The translations under genes were made by a program, and so were the position numbers. From Neoechinorhynchus agilis (lineage: Eukaryota > Animalia > Acanthocephala), in assembly GCA_051530055.1 (NCBI GenBank), contig CM121342.1, positions 10,679,480 through 10,743,479 of the forward strand: 64,000 nt of DNA. The letters are read 5' to 3'. The notes under the pieces are model-generated. The model was not told the origin of the DNA and searched no databases. It saw only the letters and a program-made list of their open reading frames with translations. Position 1 is the stretch's first letter. Each line of letters begins with the position of its first letter. Below are positions 60,991 to 64,000 of this stretch, in pieces.

Positions 60991-61578
60991 GTAAAGAAGT
61001 TGTTTTCGTGGATATATTTTGCATGGTGATAAAAAGTGTCAAAAAATTGGCTGCTAGTTGGTTGTTTCGTGTTTTTGATTTGCCAAATAAGTGGAAATAA
61101 CCATTCTTAAGTTTATACGCTATCGATTTAGTCGGTTTCCAACAAAGGCTGACAAAAGATTTCCAATTATTGAGACTTTAAACATATTTCGGATATTGGG
61201 TAAGTGGAACACACATTTTTGAAGATTTTCAATGCTCCACAATAAAATGGAAGAGGCACATTTATGTAGAAATCAATTATGTGATTGCGATTTGGTGAAA
61301 GACAGCAATTATTTAAAATATTTAACAATGGAAAAACGAATAAATTGGGCATTTGCGAAAAAAAATTTATGCATGAAAGATTTTGTTATGGATATTTTTG
61401 TGAACAATTTTCCCATTCCTACTGACTTAAAAAAAGGCGAAAGAAATACGTGAATTTCTCTCATTGAAGAGAACTTTGATTTCACGCGGATTGCATTGAT
61501 TCTGTGATTGACTCATTTAGAACTGTGAGTGAAAATAGAAGGTTCGTCGATGGTAACTGTGTTCAATTGCAGATTTCG

Positions 61579-62684
61579 ATGTTCAATTCAAATACGATTG
61601 TTCATGGCATGTACGCCACATTTCGACAGTTCCTGAACTACATTTCGAATATTAGAGGCCACGAAGATCGTGAGGTCGAAGTGTGGTTATGCGGGGAGAA
61701 GGAGTCTTTGAACTGTTCAAAAGCTGAGGAAATATTTGAGAAGGAAATATTAAAGAGGTATTGGTTTACGTATAGAAGAGGATTTTCGTTTCGATGTAAA
61801 AATGGAAAGGAGATTTCGACTGATGCAGGTTGGGGATGTATGTTGCGTTGTGGTCAAATGATCTTAGCGGAAGCGATTCGAAGAATGGGATTGATCAGTG
61901 ACGACACGAAAATGATCGCTCTTTTCGATGATTGTGAAGCTTGTAGATTTTCGATTAACAATATCCTTCAAGAACGCGAAATGGATTTGAGCGTCGAGAG
62001 TAGAGTAGACGAGTGGTTCGGTCCGAATATGATCTCTCAAATACTCAAAAGACTATGCAGTGATGGCGCATTTTTATACGTTCATGTAGCAATGGATAAT
62101 ACCATCGTTCTTGACAAAGTCTACACTGATTGGATCAATAAATCAATACATGCTCGTTTGTACAGTTTGTGAATCTACAACGAAAACAAACAAGTTTGTC
62201 TAAACCTCTTTTGTTACTGATTCCTTTGATGGTGGGCATCAGCGAATTCGATAAACGACGGTCCGCAACACTAAAGCGATTGTTAAGAAACGATTGCTCA
62301 GTTGGATTCATCGGTGGACGGCCGAAACATGCTTTATTCTTTTTTGGTTTATGGGGAACGGATAATCTCCTTTATTTAGATCCTCACACCCTTCAACAAT
62401 GCACATTCGGAAATGGAGAAAAAAGGAATGAAACTTTTCATTGTAGAGATTGCAGTTACATTTCGTTTGAGAAACTCGATCCCAGTTTAGCGCTAGGATT
62501 TGTTTGTGATAACGTTCAATCGTTCAACCAATTGATTCGTGAATTAAGTACAATCATACAGGAGGACGCACTCCACAAAGAGATCGGTGAACCGACTAGT
62601 ATTTATCCACTTTTTGAAATCGTTCAAAGACAGCAGGAATTCGATGGATCCGTTGATTGTGACGATATTCTTATGACATTTTGA
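61579..62684 (+). CDS. ATG4: ATG4 cysteine protease (peptidase C54), two exons visible
   Basis: WFTYRRGF, catalytic DAGWGCMLRCGQM, EWFGPN, PLLLLIPL, GFIGGRPKHALFF, YLDPH. The frame change is resolvable by a GT-AG intron at 62119-62165 (47 nt) or 62160-62194 (35 nt). The true 5' start is uncertain. Confidence 0.93.
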
Positions 62685-63334
62685 TCAACGTTGAACACTG
62701 TACAAGTATATTTGTATTATTCTAGTTGTTATAAATTATCTAATAATTAAATTTCTCAAAGCAGCTAAAGTTTTATAGCATCCGTATTTGCACAAAATAA
62801 CATTTTGTTTGCTTTGTACAATCACAGAGTCTGCGTTTACCTCAATCCGGGAAGTAATGAATGTTTAAAGATTCTTGAAACTGAATAAACGCTGATCAAT
62901 AATCGATTTTTTTGTATTTATTTCACGAAACATATTGTCGAACTTGATGTCCTTTAGTCTGCGGTCGTCAAGAGAATTGTAAAGAGGCTATCAATAGATC
63001 GTTGCAAAGAATTTTTTTCGTGAGATTAATTTATTAAAATATTTCGTTTGTCACCTCGAGATAGACGGGCGAAATTTTGTGAAAAGAGAACTAATAAATC
63101 AATCTCCCTCCTTTCTCAATCGCCAATATTGTTTTTGATGAGGATGAAATAAAGAAAAATTATTTAATACTTTTGGTTCTCTACGCGTGGGACTTCTTCA
63201 GAATTTTTAGTTATAAAAAGACGATTACGTTCCACTCGTTGATGACCAAAAATATTAATAACTTTCAGAATATTTTTATTTGAAATTAAGTCACACGACC
63301 TTTACAGGTATTTACGAATATTCACGCCACCATT

Positions 63335-63440
63335 CTCTGGTCGAAAGGACGGATCCAGCGCTCCTTTCCATTGCAGAGTCAGTCTTATGTTTTGCAGGAG
63401 GAATGCTCCAGCTATTGGATCGGGGTCCTACGCCGTGGAA
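63335..63440 (-). mobile_element. Small CRE-like 3' remnant
   Basis: The reverse complement contains atccgtcctttcgacc, shared with the fragment at ~18875-18893. Confidence 0.45.
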
Positions 63441-64000
63441 AATCATTTTCCTTATTTTGCATTCAAACAAAAATTAAGAGAATTCGGTCGTGGATTTTCA
63501 ATGGTTTCTAAGAATCATTTGAATATACGGATGTCTTAAATAGAATATAAACTTAATCGCATGTTCAAGTGATTTTATTTAAATAAGGATAACCCGCTAC
63601 CTCCAACAATGATTTTAAGGAGAACGATTTAAGAAACGACAACTGATTCGCGTTAGCTACAAAGGTCAAAGTTCATACAATCTTAAGTTAACCTAAAAAG
63701 TCTAAGCCGCATTAAGTAAGGAAAAGTGATGAACACAGAACGCTCTTTTAAAATGATAAACTGGATCGATTATATTTTTTAAACTTAAGAATCTAATAAA
63801 TGAGCTATTTAAGAAAAGGGTTGAGGGAGCCATAAATTCGGTAGCGTTCACTTATTCGCCTTTAAAAACAATTTTACTGGAATTGATTGGAAGCGGTGTT
63901 GTTGCGAAAGAAGTAATTGATGGATTCTGTGGTTTTCGGCACTTTTACCATTAATATAGATTTTATTTCTGGATTTAATCAGCTTCTACTTATTAGCCAA

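Noticed and set aside
61232-61453. Tc1/mariner remnant (KRINWAFAKKNL)
   Set aside because: The resemblance is too short, with no DDE motif or TIRs seen.

Overview
AT-rich eukaryotic genomic window, probably animal (inferred from FoxP-like and NDFIP-like genes). It has two parts. About 1-48.6 kb is an almost gene-free block of nested, decayed retroelements: several mutually divergent families of a compact AT-rich LINE (CCHC ORF1 + APE + RT), two RTE LINEs, fragments of CRE-like RLE retroposons, a Ty3/Gypsy remnant, Penelope-like (PLE) remnants and a probable hAT remnant. One RTE has a 15-bp TSD and a twister-ribozyme 3' half; the other has a 5' inversion and a triplicated segment. About 49-64 kb is compact and gene-containing: FoxP-like (truncated), a 365-aa orphan, BTF3/NAC-beta, NDFIP-like and ATG4, with short candidate introns. 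The top candidate for something new is a repeated unit (4 copies, two in a 2.96-kb tandem). It couples a PLE RT/GIY-YIG remnant to a ~400-aa ORF with two internally repeated ~78-aa helical domains that resemble the LEDGF integrase-binding/TFIIS-N fold. A short stretch of that PLE remnant (aaggcgattaagtaaatg...tcacacat) is repeatedly hit by different retroelements. All family assignments are by eye from recalled motifs; no searches were run.
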